Source: a virus
Length of the DNA: 64,000 bases
Virus record (IMG/VR): IMGVR_UViG_3300045988_033017
Coordinates: 54,699-118,698 of that record
Direction: 5' to 3' (one strand)
Of this stretch, positions 46,428-56,146 are shown piece after piece (the first letter of the stretch is position 1; each line of letters starts with the position of its first letter). A program made the translations under genes and the position numbers. The notes below the pieces were generated by a model. That model did no database searches and was not told the DNA's origin. It saw only the letters and a program-made list of their open reading frames with translations.

Positions 46428-47294
46428 ATGAACAATTTTAGTCCTTCTACAGATACGTCTGTAGGCACAAAGAGATTCACAGCCCAAGAAGTGCAATTAG
46501 CTTATACTCTAATGGCTGTAGAGTACATGAAGACTATTAAGGGTCTGAATCCGAATCATCAACTAGTTGATAAGGCTGTCAAACTGAAAGCTTTAGGATT
46601 TACTAATTCTAAAGAAGTAGGTGATGCTATCACTTCGGAAGAGGACCTTAAAGTCTTAAAATGTTATAGCTTTTTGCAAAGACATTTCCCTGGCTCATTG
46701 ATACTTAAGGAGGAGGATTTCATTAATCTGAATGTTAAGTATGGATTAGTTGTTGGAAGACTATCAGCTTATAAAGGTTCTGTGCCTGACGAGAACATTG
46801 ATGAAATCTCTAAGGTAATGGCCACTGCTCAAGCACTTGAAGCAAATGAGTATGTTAACTATAGCGGAAACGGTTCACCTTTACGGTATGTTACTGGTAT
46901 GCAAGTTGCTACTCACCCTATGCCTATTGATAGCATGTCCTATCCGGTTGGAAGGTACTTCATTAGGCAGGAACCTTCCCATATTGGACTTATGTATTTG
47001 AGTAGAAATAAGGCTAGAATGAATGCATATCCATTCTTTCATATCCTTAATAAAGCCAAGGCACATGATGTGAACATTGCTGATTCAAAAGAATGTAGCA
47101 GTGCTGACTTATTCATTGCCGCTCCTATTGAAGAAATGAATGAAACGATGCAGTTTACAGTTCCGGAAAGGAAGATTATTCCTATCAATAATGACCCATT
47201 TGTATTTCAAGTAACTCCAATAGGGGTAATGATTCACTCTAAATGGGGAGTAGAAGCCGAAGACAATATATTCGACAATATTAAACCTTTATAA
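46428..47294 (+). CDS. paralog family member B (C-terminal LFIAAP...IHSKWGVEAED), unknown function
   Basis: 288 aa; shares N-terminal and C-terminal conserved blocks with 40837 and 49311. Confidence 0.55.
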   Translation: MNNFSPSTDTSVGTKRFTAQEVQLAYTLMAVEYMKTIKGLNPNHQLVDKAVKLKALGFTNSKEVGDAITSEEDLKVLKCYSFLQRHFPGSLILKEEDFINLNVKYGLVVGRLSAYKGSVPDENIDEISKVMATAQALEANEYVNYSGNGSPLRYVTGMQVATHPMPIDSMSYPVGRYFIRQEPSHIGLMYLSRNKARMNAYPFFHILNKAKAHDVNIADSKECSSADLFIAAPIEEMNETMQFTVPERKIIPINNDPFVFQVTPIGVMIHSKWGVEAEDNIFDNIKPL

Positions 47295-47298
47295 GATT

Positions 47299-49311
47299 AT
47301 GGAATTTGTCAAGTTTAAAAGAGCAGTCCATGCGCAGTTTAATCGACTAGCTGCTGGTGCAGACATGCTCTTTCTGACTAATGTAGACAAGGATGCATTA
47401 TGGGATTGTTATCTTAATTCCTTTCCGGAGGAAGAGAGACAATCTCATAATTGCAACAATTGTAAACATTATATCAGACATTATGGTAGAGTTGTCGCCA
47501 TTAAAGACAATAAAGTAGTAACCATGTGGGAGAACCTACAGTTGGATGAACCTTATGCTACTGTAGCTAGAAATCTCGATGCATTAGTGAAATCAAAACC
47601 AGTTGTAGATGTTTTTATCACTCGTGATTATGAACTAGGAATTGATAGAAACAATGCCTATATTGACAGTTTGCAAGGTCCTAAAGTAATTACCTGGAAT
47701 CATCTTTACTATCATATGCCAAATCAATTGGTGTATACAGGAACTGAATCCGTATCTGCTGTAATGGGGACTTTACGCACAACTAAGGAAGTGTTCAAAC
47801 GTGCACTGGAGGAATTAACTATCGATTCTATAGAAACAGTTCTGGACTTAATAGGTCAGAATGCTTTATATAGAGGAGAACAGTTTAAAAATGACTTAAG
47901 TGTATTCCTGGGTCATAAAAGACACTATGATTCATTACCTGATGAAGAGAAAGACAACTGGTGTTGGGCAAACTTCAATCGTGTAGGATGTGCACGCATT
48001 CGTAATACGGCAATTGGTACATTGTTGGTAAATATATCATCAGGACTTGAATTGGACGATTGTATGACTGCATACGAACGTATCATGGCTCCAGAGAACT
48101 ATCAAAGACCTAAGTCAATTGTTACTAAAAGAATGATTGAGGAAGCACAGAAGAAAGTGCAGGAACTAGGTCTTATGGATTCTCTACCTCGTAGACATGC
48201 TGCCTTAGAGGATATAACAGTCAACAATGTTATATTCGCTAACCGTGATGCCAAGAAGGTAATGGCTGGAAATATATTCGAAGAACTAGCCGCAGACACT
48301 AAAGTCAATCCTAAGAAGTTTGACAAGTTAACTGAAATTAGCATTGATGATTTCATTGCTAATGTAGTACCTACTGCCACTAACATAGAAGTGTTAATGG
48401 AAAGTAGACTGTCTAATAACTTAGTAACTCTTACAGCTCCTGTTAATAAGGATGCTAAGAATCTATTTAAATGGCCGAACAACTTTGCTTGGACATATAA
48501 TGGAGGAGTAGCTGATTCTATTAAAGAGAAAGTAAGAGCTGCTGGCGGTCAGACTGAAGGGTTCTTAAGATGTTCGTTGGCATGGTCTAACTATGATGAC
48601 TTGGATTTGCATGTCGTTGAACCTTCATACAACGAAATCTACTATTCTAACAGAACTGGTAAAAGTGGCGGTAAGCTAGACGTGGATGAAAATGCTGGAT
48701 ATTGCAAAACTCGTAAACCCGTTGAGAACATCATATGGGTTGACGAACGTAAGATGCTTGAAGGCAATTACACCGTATATGTTAATAACTTCTGTTGTAG
48801 AGAATCTGTTGACACAGGCTTTACATTGGAAATAGAATATAACGGAGAAGTTCGACAATTTGTCTATGACAAACCCGTTAAACATAAAGAGAATGTCATG
48901 GTTGCCGAGATTACTTACAGTAAATCTAAAGGCATCCAAATAAGAGAGCTAATACCCAGTACTAGCCATTCGTCAGTAAGCCTATGGAATATTGATACTA
49001 ACAAGTTCCATAAGGTGAACGTGATGATGCTGTCCCCCAATTATTGGGATGAGCAGGGTATTGGCAATAAACATTACTTCTTTATGTTGGATGATTGCAA
49101 GAATCCGGAGCCTGTTCGTGGATTCTTTAACGAATATCTTAACAGTGAGCTAACTCCTCACCGTAAGGTATTTGAGGTTCTAGCTGATAAGATGAAGACT
49201 CCTTACCAAGAACATCAATTGAGTGGATTAGGGTTCTCATCTACTATGCGTAATTCCGTTATTGTTAAAGTGGACGGAACATTTAGTAGAACTTTAAAAG
49301 TCAATTTCTGA
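47299..49311 (+). CDS. large hypothetical protein (670 aa) flanked by paralogs B and C
   Basis: ORF track; CNNCKHY Cys/His cluster near the N-terminus; no recognisable catalytic motif. Confidence 0.55.
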   Translation: MEFVKFKRAVHAQFNRLAAGADMLFLTNVDKDALWDCYLNSFPEEERQSHNCNNCKHYIRHYGRVVAIKDNKVVTMWENLQLDEPYATVARNLDALVKSKPVVDVFITRDYELGIDRNNAYIDSLQGPKVITWNHLYYHMPNQLVYTGTESVSAVMGTLRTTKEVFKRALEELTIDSIETVLDLIGQNALYRGEQFKNDLSVFLGHKRHYDSLPDEEKDNWCWANFNRVGCARIRNTAIGTLLVNISSGLELDDCMTAYERIMAPENYQRPKSIVTKRMIEEAQKKVQELGLMDSLPRRHAALEDITVNNVIFANRDAKKVMAGNIFEELAADTKVNPKKFDKLTEISIDDFIANVVPTATNIEVLMESRLSNNLVTLTAPVNKDAKNLFKWPNNFAWTYNGGVADSIKEKVRAAGGQTEGFLRCSLAWSNYDDLDLHVVEPSYNEIYYSNRTGKSGGKLDVDENAGYCKTRKPVENIIWVDERKMLEGNYTVYVNNFCCRESVDTGFTLEIEYNGEVRQFVYDKPVKHKENVMVAEITYSKSKGIQIRELIPSTSHSSVSLWNIDTNKFHKVNVMMLSPNYWDEQGIGNKHYFFMLDDCKNPEPVRGFFNEYLNSELTPHRKVFEVLADKMKTPYQEHQLSGLGFSSTMRNSVIVKVDGTFSRTLKVNF

Positions 49312-50249
49312 TGTTTAGATTTCTAAAACGCAATGATTCTGAAGTTATAACTCCAGAAGTGGTTGACGTGCCGGTGATGACTATTCAGTCCAGCATAGCT
49401 ATGGCTCTTGCTTTATGTATGGAGGAATATCTACGTTCTGTTTCCAAGACATCAGTTGATATTCCTAATAGAGATACATTAGTAAGAGAATACAACACGT
49501 TGGTTGATGCTGGGCTAGGTAGCTCAAAGAATGCCAGGCTATTACAAGCTAAAATATCTGAATATAATCAGATAGCTCTGGATGCCATGCGCGCTAAGAA
49601 CCTATTTAATTTCGTAAAGCGTGCAAGAGAGGTGTTCGGAGAGAGTACTCTTTTGGTTGGCTCTAAACAATTTGATGAAGTTTGTAAGAAATATAAACTT
49701 GTCAAAGGTCTACTAAAACAATACACTGGAGTAATTCCTGACCGCAACATCAGAGAAATCATAAAAGTTAAGCGCAAGCTTAATGGTGAAGGACCAATGT
49801 TCTCTGATTTGGGGTTGGAGTGTACTAATGGAGCATATTATTATGTTACAGGTATCAACTATGGATATAATGACAGCGAAACTATGTTGAACAATCTGAA
49901 GAAATACATAGAATCACATAATCATATAGTTGTTGGTCCTGATATAGAAGGCACACTCAGGCTGTCCAGTATAGTTAACAAGAATCCTGGTCTTCCTGCT
50001 GATGTAAAGGGTTTTAGCTATCCTAACATAGTTTCCTTTGATGCTGTTAAGATAGGTAGAAATGAGCTATTTGTAGCTTGCCCTCCTAGTCAATTAAACA
50101 ATCCAGAGGTTACAATCACTAAGAAGGCAGTAGACCCTATTGTGTACCAGCCTTGTGCTTATGGTATTCTCATTCACAGTATGTGGGGAGAAGAGTCAGA
50201 GGACAAAGTGTTTGAAGAATATAAACGTATTAACAATTTAATGCTATAA
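49311..50249 (+). CDS. paralog family member C (C-terminal LFVACP...IHSMWGEESED), unknown function
   Basis: 312 aa; shares blocks with 40837 and 46428. Confidence 0.55.
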   Translation: MFRFLKRNDSEVITPEVVDVPVMTIQSSIAMALALCMEEYLRSVSKTSVDIPNRDTLVREYNTLVDAGLGSSKNARLLQAKISEYNQIALDAMRAKNLFNFVKRAREVFGESTLLVGSKQFDEVCKKYKLVKGLLKQYTGVIPDRNIREIIKVKRKLNGEGPMFSDLGLECTNGAYYYVTGINYGYNDSETMLNNLKKYIESHNHIVVGPDIEGTLRLSSIVNKNPGLPADVKGFSYPNIVSFDAVKIGRNELFVACPPSQLNNPEVTITKKAVDPIVYQPCAYGILIHSMWGEESEDKVFEEYKRINNLML

Positions 50250-50251
50250 TT

Positions 50252-50626
50252 ATGTTTGAGAAAGCATCTAGAATGAAATTGCGTTTTAACACGCAACGTG
50301 GAGTTCTTTCTGTTGAAGACTTGTGGGATTTACCCTTAATTCAACTTGACAATATTGCAATTGCTCTTAACAAGAAATTGCAAGAGTCTAAAACTGAAAG
50401 CTTCATCAAAACCCGGACTAAAGACACTACCGAACTTGAACTGAAATTCAATATTGCAAAACACATTATTGATGTTAAGTTGCAAGAACAGGAAGACCGT
50501 CTACTTGAAAGTGAGAAGAAAGCTAAGCGTCAGAAGATTCTTGACCTTATGGCTAAGAAACAAGACGCTGAGCTCGAAGGCAAATCTCTGGAAGAATTAG
50601 CTAAAGAACTTGAAGCACTTAATTGA
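50252..50626 (+). CDS. hypothetical coiled-coil protein
   Basis: ORF track 124 aa. Confidence 0.45.
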   Translation: MFEKASRMKLRFNTQRGVLSVEDLWDLPLIQLDNIAIALNKKLQESKTESFIKTRTKDTTELELKFNIAKHIIDVKLQEQEDRLLESEKKAKRQKILDLMAKKQDAELEGKSLEELAKELEALN

Positions 50627-50889
50627 TTATGGACTTTGAGAAAGAAATAAAGAAATGGCAGAAGGTGAACAGCTCTGAAACTAAAGCCCAGCTCTTTGAA
50701 GCAGTAGATTACATCTGCGCTGATGAGCCTAATGGATTAGTAGGAGTGACTGGTTTGCTATTTGATGCCGATAAACTCAAGAGGAGTATCAATGCTGCGC
50801 TTTCCAGGAGAGCGGAAGCTAACGTGGTTACACGTAGATATGGTTTGCGTCAGCAAGTACTATACTTGATGTACTATGGCGAAGAGTGA
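50623..50889 (+). CDS. hypothetical protein
   Basis: ORF track 88 aa. Confidence 0.4.
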   Translation: MIMDFEKEIKKWQKVNSSETKAQLFEAVDYICADEPNGLVGVTGLLFDADKLKRSINAALSRRAEANVVTRRYGLRQQVLYLMYYGEE

Positions 50890-51035
50890 CTATAAGTGCT
50901 CTTGCGCTGGAAGAGGCTAAAATTAAAGGAAGCATGTAAGTAATACTGTGAGTTATGCTGACAGACCGTCCACGTGAAAAGCCCAGTACGTGATACTGGC
51001 AAGGGCGGCCGTTAAATCGGAATTGCTTCCTGTAT

Positions 51036-51107
51036 GGTCCCATAGTTCAATGGATAGAACGCTGGTCTACGGAACCTGAAATGGCAGTTCGACTCTGCCT
51101 GGGACTA
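51036..51107 (+). tRNA. tRNA-Arg(ACG)
   Basis: Acceptor GGTCCCA/TGGGACT, D-arm GTTC-AATGGATA-GAAC, anticodon loop CTACGGA, T-arm GGCAG-TTCGACT-CTGCC. Confidence 0.65.
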
Positions 51108-51127
51108 CTAACTTAATAAGGAAAGAG

Positions 51128-51730
51128 ATGACTAACTTAGAAATTATTAAAAGATTAAAGACTGCTAAAGACTTGTACGATAAAGATACAAAGCCAGGTA
51201 GTGATAAGAATGGTGGTATGTGCCACTATATGAAGCAAGCATTCAACGGAGTGTTTAAAGAAGGAATACCTCCCTCTTATAATGAATTAGTGGCATTAAT
51301 TCCGGAGTTTAACCCAGAGTTTCTAGGAGGTAATGTCAAACAAGAAGAAGTAGCTAGGCTGGTCTTTTGGTGGCCCGTAGATGAGAAGAAACACAGGCTT
51401 ATAGCCTTCGATAAACTCATCCATTGGTACACAGAAAGAATCAATAAGCACACTATCTTACTAAAAGCTAAGAAGCTGTTTGAAGACCATTCAGAATACT
51501 GGGGAATGTGTTTCTGCATTGAACATGCTATGGCTGGCACAGAAAGAGGAATCAACATCTACGATGAACGTGATGTAGTTGCTATGTTTCCAGAGTTCAA
51601 TAGAGAGTTCTTAGGCGCACCTAAAGACAGGTATGGTAAGGCATTTTGGTGGACTCCCGATGACGAGAAGGGTCACAATGCTAGGATTGAAGCATTTGAT
51701 AAACTGATTAAGTATTACGAAGGAAGATGA
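51128..51730 (+). CDS. hypothetical protein with internal tandem domain duplication
   Basis: 200 aa; EFNPEFLGG...FWWPVDEKKHRLIAFDKLIHWY repeated as EFNREFLGA...FWWTPDDEKGHNARIEAFDKLIKYY. Confidence 0.5.
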   Translation: MTNLEIIKRLKTAKDLYDKDTKPGSDKNGGMCHYMKQAFNGVFKEGIPPSYNELVALIPEFNPEFLGGNVKQEEVARLVFWWPVDEKKHRLIAFDKLIHWYTERINKHTILLKAKKLFEDHSEYWGMCFCIEHAMAGTERGINIYDERDVVAMFPEFNREFLGAPKDRYGKAFWWTPDDEKGHNARIEAFDKLIKYYEGR

Positions 51731-52092
51731 ACTGGATAAAAAGAATCATGAATAAGTTATTTATTGATAATGAGTCCTATAACATTGAAGAGGACAATAT
51801 CACTATCTCACAAATCAAGCGTAAAATTTACGTAAATGGCAAATTAATATCTGAAACTAATAAGGATAGTGTACATATCAGTTTTACTGGTAACGTAAAA
51901 GAGCTTAACTGCAACACATGTGATATTGACGGAGACGCATTTGCTGTACATGGTAATAGTGTTAAAGTTAAAGGCAATGTGGGAGGTTCTATAGAAGCTA
52001 ACAGTATTGAGGTTGGTGGTAATGTACAAGGAGACATTGATGCTAACTCTGTTAAAGTAAAAGGCAGACACACTGGGAGTATTAACGTATAG
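51727..52092 (+). CDS. bactofilin-like / beta-helix repeat protein
   Basis: 121 aa; C-terminal half made of GNV..G.I.ANS..V.G repeats as in bactofilin (polymer-forming cytoskeletal) domains. Confidence 0.4.
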   Translation: MNWIKRIMNKLFIDNESYNIEEDNITISQIKRKIYVNGKLISETNKDSVHISFTGNVKELNCNTCDIDGDAFAVHGNSVKVKGNVGGSIEANSIEVGGNVQGDIDANSVKVKGRHTGSINV

Positions 52093-52099
52093 CTTTCAA

Positions 52100-52173
52100 G
52101 GCTCAGTAGCTCAATAGTATAGAGCATCTCCGTCCTAAGGAGAGGGTTGTGGGTTAGAGCCCCACCTGAGTCA
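52100..52173 (+). tRNA. tRNA-Arg(CCT) with non-canonical T-loop
   Basis: Acceptor GGCTCAG/CTGAGTC, D-arm AGCTCAATAGTATAGAGC, anticodon stem TCTCC/GGAGA, loop GTCCTAA; T-arm GTGGG-TTAGAGC-CCCAC. Confidence 0.55.
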
Positions 52174-52193
52174 CAAACCAATTATTAGTTATT

Positions 52194-52517
52194 ATGAAGA
52201 ATATCTTTAATTTTGGTAAATTGTTGGAAGGTGAATCTATGAATGCGGACGAGGCATATTCAGTTGCCACTTACAATGAAGTGGTGACACAAGAAACTCT
52301 AATTAAGAGGTTTCTAGATACTACTGACCAACTTATTAAGGCTAAGAGTGAGAACAATTACTTTAGTCTTGTTATGGATTTGAATGATGATGTAGCTAAA
52401 GCCAAGGATGAAATCCTTAAATACTACGAAGATAAACGATTCTTCGTTAAGGTTATTGATAAAGAAGGATATCCTGGCTTAGTTGGAGAATATCTATTCA
52501 TATCCTGGAAGAAGTGA
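52194..52517 (+). CDS. hypothetical protein
   Basis: ORF track 107 aa. Confidence 0.45.
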   Translation: MKNIFNFGKLLEGESMNADEAYSVATYNEVVTQETLIKRFLDTTDQLIKAKSENNYFSLVMDLNDDVAKAKDEILKYYEDKRFFVKVIDKEGYPGLVGEYLFISWKK

Positions 52518-52670
52518 ATTTCTTTATTCTAACATAACCACAGGCATAATTGAGAGTGAAATGCCTGTTTAAGCAGTCCCCACTGCTGTAATGGTGATTT
52601 GATTACCATACATTATCTTAAGCCCTTGAGGGTTGGTGTGAATAGACTATTCACATGTTCTTAACATTAA

Positions 52671-53039
52671 TTGTTAACAACAATGACATTCGATGAACAA
52701 GACTCTCTTATAGAGTCATTGAACGCGGCTTATGATAAAGCCGGAACTATTACAGATGAAGACATCAAAGAACTGTTTGCCAAGAAGAATGCAATCGCTG
52801 ATGAAGACGAGCAAACTTCTTATGAGTTCGATGAATTCTTTGCAGAAGTAGTAAGTAAATGGGCGCAAGACGGGCTGACTGATGAGAAAGCTCAATTACT
52901 GCTCAATCTTATTGATAGCGCTGACGGTAGTGTGGACGATTCTGAAGACGCAATGTTGGAAGAATTATCTATGGCTGAACTGACTGGCGTGGACATATCT
53001 GAAATATTAAAAGATAAGTTCCCAGACTACTTTGAATAG
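52671..53039 (+). CDS. hypothetical acidic protein
   Basis: ORF track 122 aa. Confidence 0.45.
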   Translation: MLTTMTFDEQDSLIESLNAAYDKAGTITDEDIKELFAKKNAIADEDEQTSYEFDEFFAEVVSKWAQDGLTDEKAQLLLNLIDSADGSVDDSEDAMLEELSMAELTGVDISEILKDKFPDYFE

Positions 53040-53312
53040 TTCTTATGTATGGTGATAGGTTATGGAATAGACATTCCAGCCAAAATATCACTAGGGGGGG
53101 GGGTGTAGGCTCTTCTTCGTTGCTCCTAGCAACACACCTAATGCCAATCCTTGGTATTATTGTTATCATCTATGATAACGGACTTTAGGCTACGTTATAT
53201 TTAATGTAGTGCTAATCGCGCAGAACGATATTCGTACTGCCGTTTAGGGTCAAATTCAGATTAGTTATTAGATTATTCTTTACTTCTAATGAGGTAAGGT
53301 CTACTCTAGTGA

Positions 53313-53618
53313 TTGTCTGGGTTTGGCCCTTCTTTTTTAACTTTAGATATGCAGAAATTTAAGTACGAAGACAATGAATTAATACCCATTTTACAGGTAG
53401 GAGACCTTATCACTGTAAACGGCAGTCCGGTAGAAATCGTTGACAGTGGTTGCGCGTGCTTTGGCTGTTACTTTAAAGCCAGTGACTGTACTATGGAGTG
53501 TAGATGTCCACTTGACGAAGACTTGATATTTCGAAAGGTGGAAAAGAAGATTAAACAAGATGAGAGGGTTGAGCAAACTAAAAGCGTGGCTGAAGAGGAA
53601 GGGATTTACTTCTACTAA
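53313..53618 (+). CDS. hypothetical Cys-rich protein
   Basis: ORF track 101 aa; CACFGCYFKASDCTMECRC. Confidence 0.4.
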   Translation: MSGFGPSFLTLDMQKFKYEDNELIPILQVGDLITVNGSPVEIVDSGCACFGCYFKASDCTMECRCPLDEDLIFRKVEKKIKQDERVEQTKSVAEEEGIYFY

Positions 53619-54036
53619 TTATAAGGGAGATTCGGAGTACTACACATTAAATGGATTCTCTGCTACTGTGAGGTTAGCAGACCATGTAGGAAGAGAAGGA
53701 ACTGAAACTGATAAATATATAAATATCATTCCAGACGGAGTTGATAGATATGTATTTATTTATGACAGAATATCTACTTCTATGAGCCATAAGGAACTTA
53801 TTAAGGCATTAGATGCTTTAATATATCTGCATGGTAAAATTCCCAAGTATTTCGAGAATAGAGACCTTATTAAGAAGAGATACGAAGATGCTGTTTCCAG
53901 CGTCCAATCTCATTTAGCTAGAAGGACGGTAGACCAACGAGCAGTGTTGGTTAAGGGTGTTAGTACCTTAGAACCCGTCATACTCGAGTTGCAGAAACTA
54001 TGTTGTCAATTTAGAGTAGAGAAAGAGAAATTGTGA
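53560..54036 (+). CDS. hypothetical protein
   Basis: ORF track 158 aa. Confidence 0.45.
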   Translation: MRGLSKLKAWLKRKGFTSTNYKGDSEYYTLNGFSATVRLADHVGREGTETDKYINIIPDGVDRYVFIYDRISTSMSHKELIKALDALIYLHGKIPKYFENRDLIKKRYEDAVSSVQSHLARRTVDQRAVLVKGVSTLEPVILELQKLCCQFRVEKEKL

Positions 54037-54245
54037 TTGTAATATTAATAGTGCTCGCACTGTATGGTGTGTCTTACTTACTAAACATTGTACTGAACTA
54101 CATGCTTGCATACTACGACTTGGATGAAGAATACTTCTGGGAAGTCGTAGAGGAGGATGTAGGTTGGTGGATGACATGTCCAGTCATATCACCATTCTTA
54201 TACTTATGGCTAATAGGTAAGGTATTAGAAGAACAATCAGATTAA
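54033..54245 (+). CDS. small membrane protein
   Basis: ORF track 70 aa; two hydrophobic helices. Confidence 0.4.
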   Translation: MIVILIVLALYGVSYLLNIVLNYMLAYYDLDEEYFWEVVEEDVGWWMTCPVISPFLYLWLIGKVLEEQSD

Positions 54246-54274
54246 ACTAATACTAACTTTACGGATAATCAAGT

Positions 54275-54547
54275 ATGATTATTGAAGAAGCTGACTTTAG
54301 AATGGAATCTGTAGGTGACAATTTACACTTCTGGGACCTATCTATACTAAAGACTATTAAATCTAAGGACGGAGAACGTCAGGAGTTTAAAGTAATTGGT
54401 TATGGACTTCCCATATCTGCATGTCTTCAAAGAATAGCAGATTACAGAATAGAGTGTAAGCACCCAGATGCCATGTCTCTGAAAGAATATATTCAAGATT
54501 ACAAACAAGAAGTAACTAGATTAGAAGAGTTAACTAAAGGAATTTAA
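54275..54547 (+). CDS. hypothetical protein
   Basis: ORF track 90 aa. Confidence 0.4.
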   Translation: MIIEEADFRMESVGDNLHFWDLSILKTIKSKDGERQEFKVIGYGLPISACLQRIADYRIECKHPDAMSLKEYIQDYKQEVTRLEELTKGI

Positions 54548-54550
54548 GCT

Positions 54551-54727
54551 ATGGCTTCACGTAAGAAAGGTACGGCACCTCATAAGCCGAAGAAGGTGTA
54601 TGAATTTGTTAAGTTAATGAATTGTGCAAGGTGTGGTAGAGATACTACTCACACGCTGTTCGATTATGACAACAGGCTTTATAAATGTAATGTCTGTGGG
54701 GCAGTTTATACCAAACGTGGTAAATAA
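54551..54727 (+). CDS. zinc-ribbon small protein (58 aa), not in ORF track
   Basis: ATG at 54551; MASRKKGTAPHKPKKVYEFVKLMNCARCGRDTTHTLFDYDNRLYKCNVCGAVYTKRGK; two CxxC pairs. Confidence 0.4.
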   Translation: MASRKKGTAPHKPKKVYEFVKLMNCARCGRDTTHTLFDYDNRLYKCNVCGAVYTKRGK

Positions 54728-54757
54728 CTAATATTTAACTCATTAAACTTATCAGTA

Positions 54758-55216
54758 ATGAAGAAGGAAACTATCAAAGAGACTCCAGAGGAGAGATTCA
54801 AAAGACTAAGAATCAAGGATTTGACCGATGATGCTTTCATGGTAGCAGAGCATTTAAGACAGCCGTCTGTAACACCACGTGACCCAAGTGTGTGGAGTAA
54901 AACTCCTAAAGAACGTAAGTTGTGGAAACGCTATAGACGATTCCCCGCTCCAAGTTATCAATGGCCGGCTCCTGCCAAATCTATTCCTATTCCTGGAACT
55001 CTGGTCGTGTATGTAAAGGGTGGTAACTTTACTACTGGTAAAATGAATCCAAAGACCAACAAACCTATACCAAAGAACACATTTAGCCATAAATGTATTC
55101 AATCTGACATCCCTTTCTTATTAAGTAAATATAAGACAGAGAAGTCCCAGGTTACTAAATATTCTTGGAATGGCAAAACCTACGCCCCCGACTGTCTACC
55201 ATTCTGGGGACGTTAA
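54758..55216 (+). CDS. hypothetical basic protein
   Basis: ORF track 152 aa. Confidence 0.45.
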   Translation: MKKETIKETPEERFKRLRIKDLTDDAFMVAEHLRQPSVTPRDPSVWSKTPKERKLWKRYRRFPAPSYQWPAPAKSIPIPGTLVVYVKGGNFTTGKMNPKTNKPIPKNTFSHKCIQSDIPFLLSKYKTEKSQVTKYSWNGKTYAPDCLPFWGR

Positions 55217-55514
55217 ACTAACAGTATATCCTTCCTTTCTATATGAAGTACAACTATACCTCATTAGGAAGGATAGGGTAGAATGTGTAGGTTCTAAGTT
55301 CTATACTACTGATAAGCCTATTAAGGTAAGGGAATCGCAGTTTATTAAAGTCGACGATGAGATTACATGTGCTAAGTATATTACTTGGCTAGCAGCTCCC
55401 CTAGATTATTTAATGAACAACAATTTTAAAGTGTTAGAACGTGAGAATGCTAGACAAAGACGGAAATCCAATACAGGAGAAGACAAGCGAAGGAGTTCAA
55501 ACCGTAGGCGCTGA
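55170..55514 (+). CDS. hypothetical protein with basic C-terminus
   Basis: ORF track 114 aa; overlaps the upstream gene by 47 nt. Confidence 0.35.
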   Translation: MAKPTPPTVYHSGDVKLTVYPSFLYEVQLYLIRKDRVECVGSKFYTTDKPIKVRESQFIKVDDEITCAKYITWLAAPLDYLMNNNFKVLERENARQRRKSNTGEDKRRSSNRRR

Positions 55515-55521
55515 ACCTACT

Positions 55522-56082
55522 ATGAAGTATACAGAGCAGGTGATTGATAAGTCTAGACGTGTTTGCCCACTATCAACTGTAATGGTTGAGATGTTGGTAA
55601 AACAGATGTCAGCCGAACTTGCCAACCATGCTCTGTATATGACCTTTGCCAATTACTTTGAAGTAGAGGGTTTGCCAAAGCTAGGTATTTACTGGAGAGG
55701 TCGTGCTAAGGAAGAATATTTGCATCATTCTTGGATATTTGAATATCTAACCACTAACGATGCTCTGTTCCAATATCCGCCTGTTCCAGCCATTAATGTT
55801 GAAATCACTGATAGAGTCATGCCCTTTGCTGCCACAGTAGATAGGGAGATTGAGACTACTCGTGGTATTAATAAGATTGTAGACCAAGCTCAAAAAGAGA
55901 GTGATTGGGCTACATTCCAATGGTTGAATGGAGAGGATGAGGATGAAGGTATGTTAGTTAAAGAGCAAGTAGAAGAAGAATCTATTAGTCGTACTATTCT
56001 TGATATGGCTAAAGAACAGGCTACTTGGCTTCGTAAAGAGAATGCAATACTTGATTTCTATAATGGTCTAGGTCGCAAGTAA
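55522..56082 (+). CDS. ferritin-like / four-helix-bundle diiron protein
   Basis: Start set at the ATG at 55522; ELANHALYMTFANYFEVEGLPKLGIYWRGRAKEEYLHHSWIFEYL matches the ferritin/Dps helix pattern E...H..Y...A...G.......A.EE..H. Confidence 0.5.
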   Translation: MKYTEQVIDKSRRVCPLSTVMVEMLVKQMSAELANHALYMTFANYFEVEGLPKLGIYWRGRAKEEYLHHSWIFEYLTTNDALFQYPPVPAINVEITDRVMPFAATVDREIETTRGINKIVDQAQKESDWATFQWLNGEDEDEGMLVKEQVEEESISRTILDMAKEQATWLRKENAILDFYNGLGRK

Positions 56083-56146
56083 TTGCCTATAATCAGATTA
56101 ACTTATCTAAAGAGATTACATTTGGAAACATTTAATCTACAAGTTT

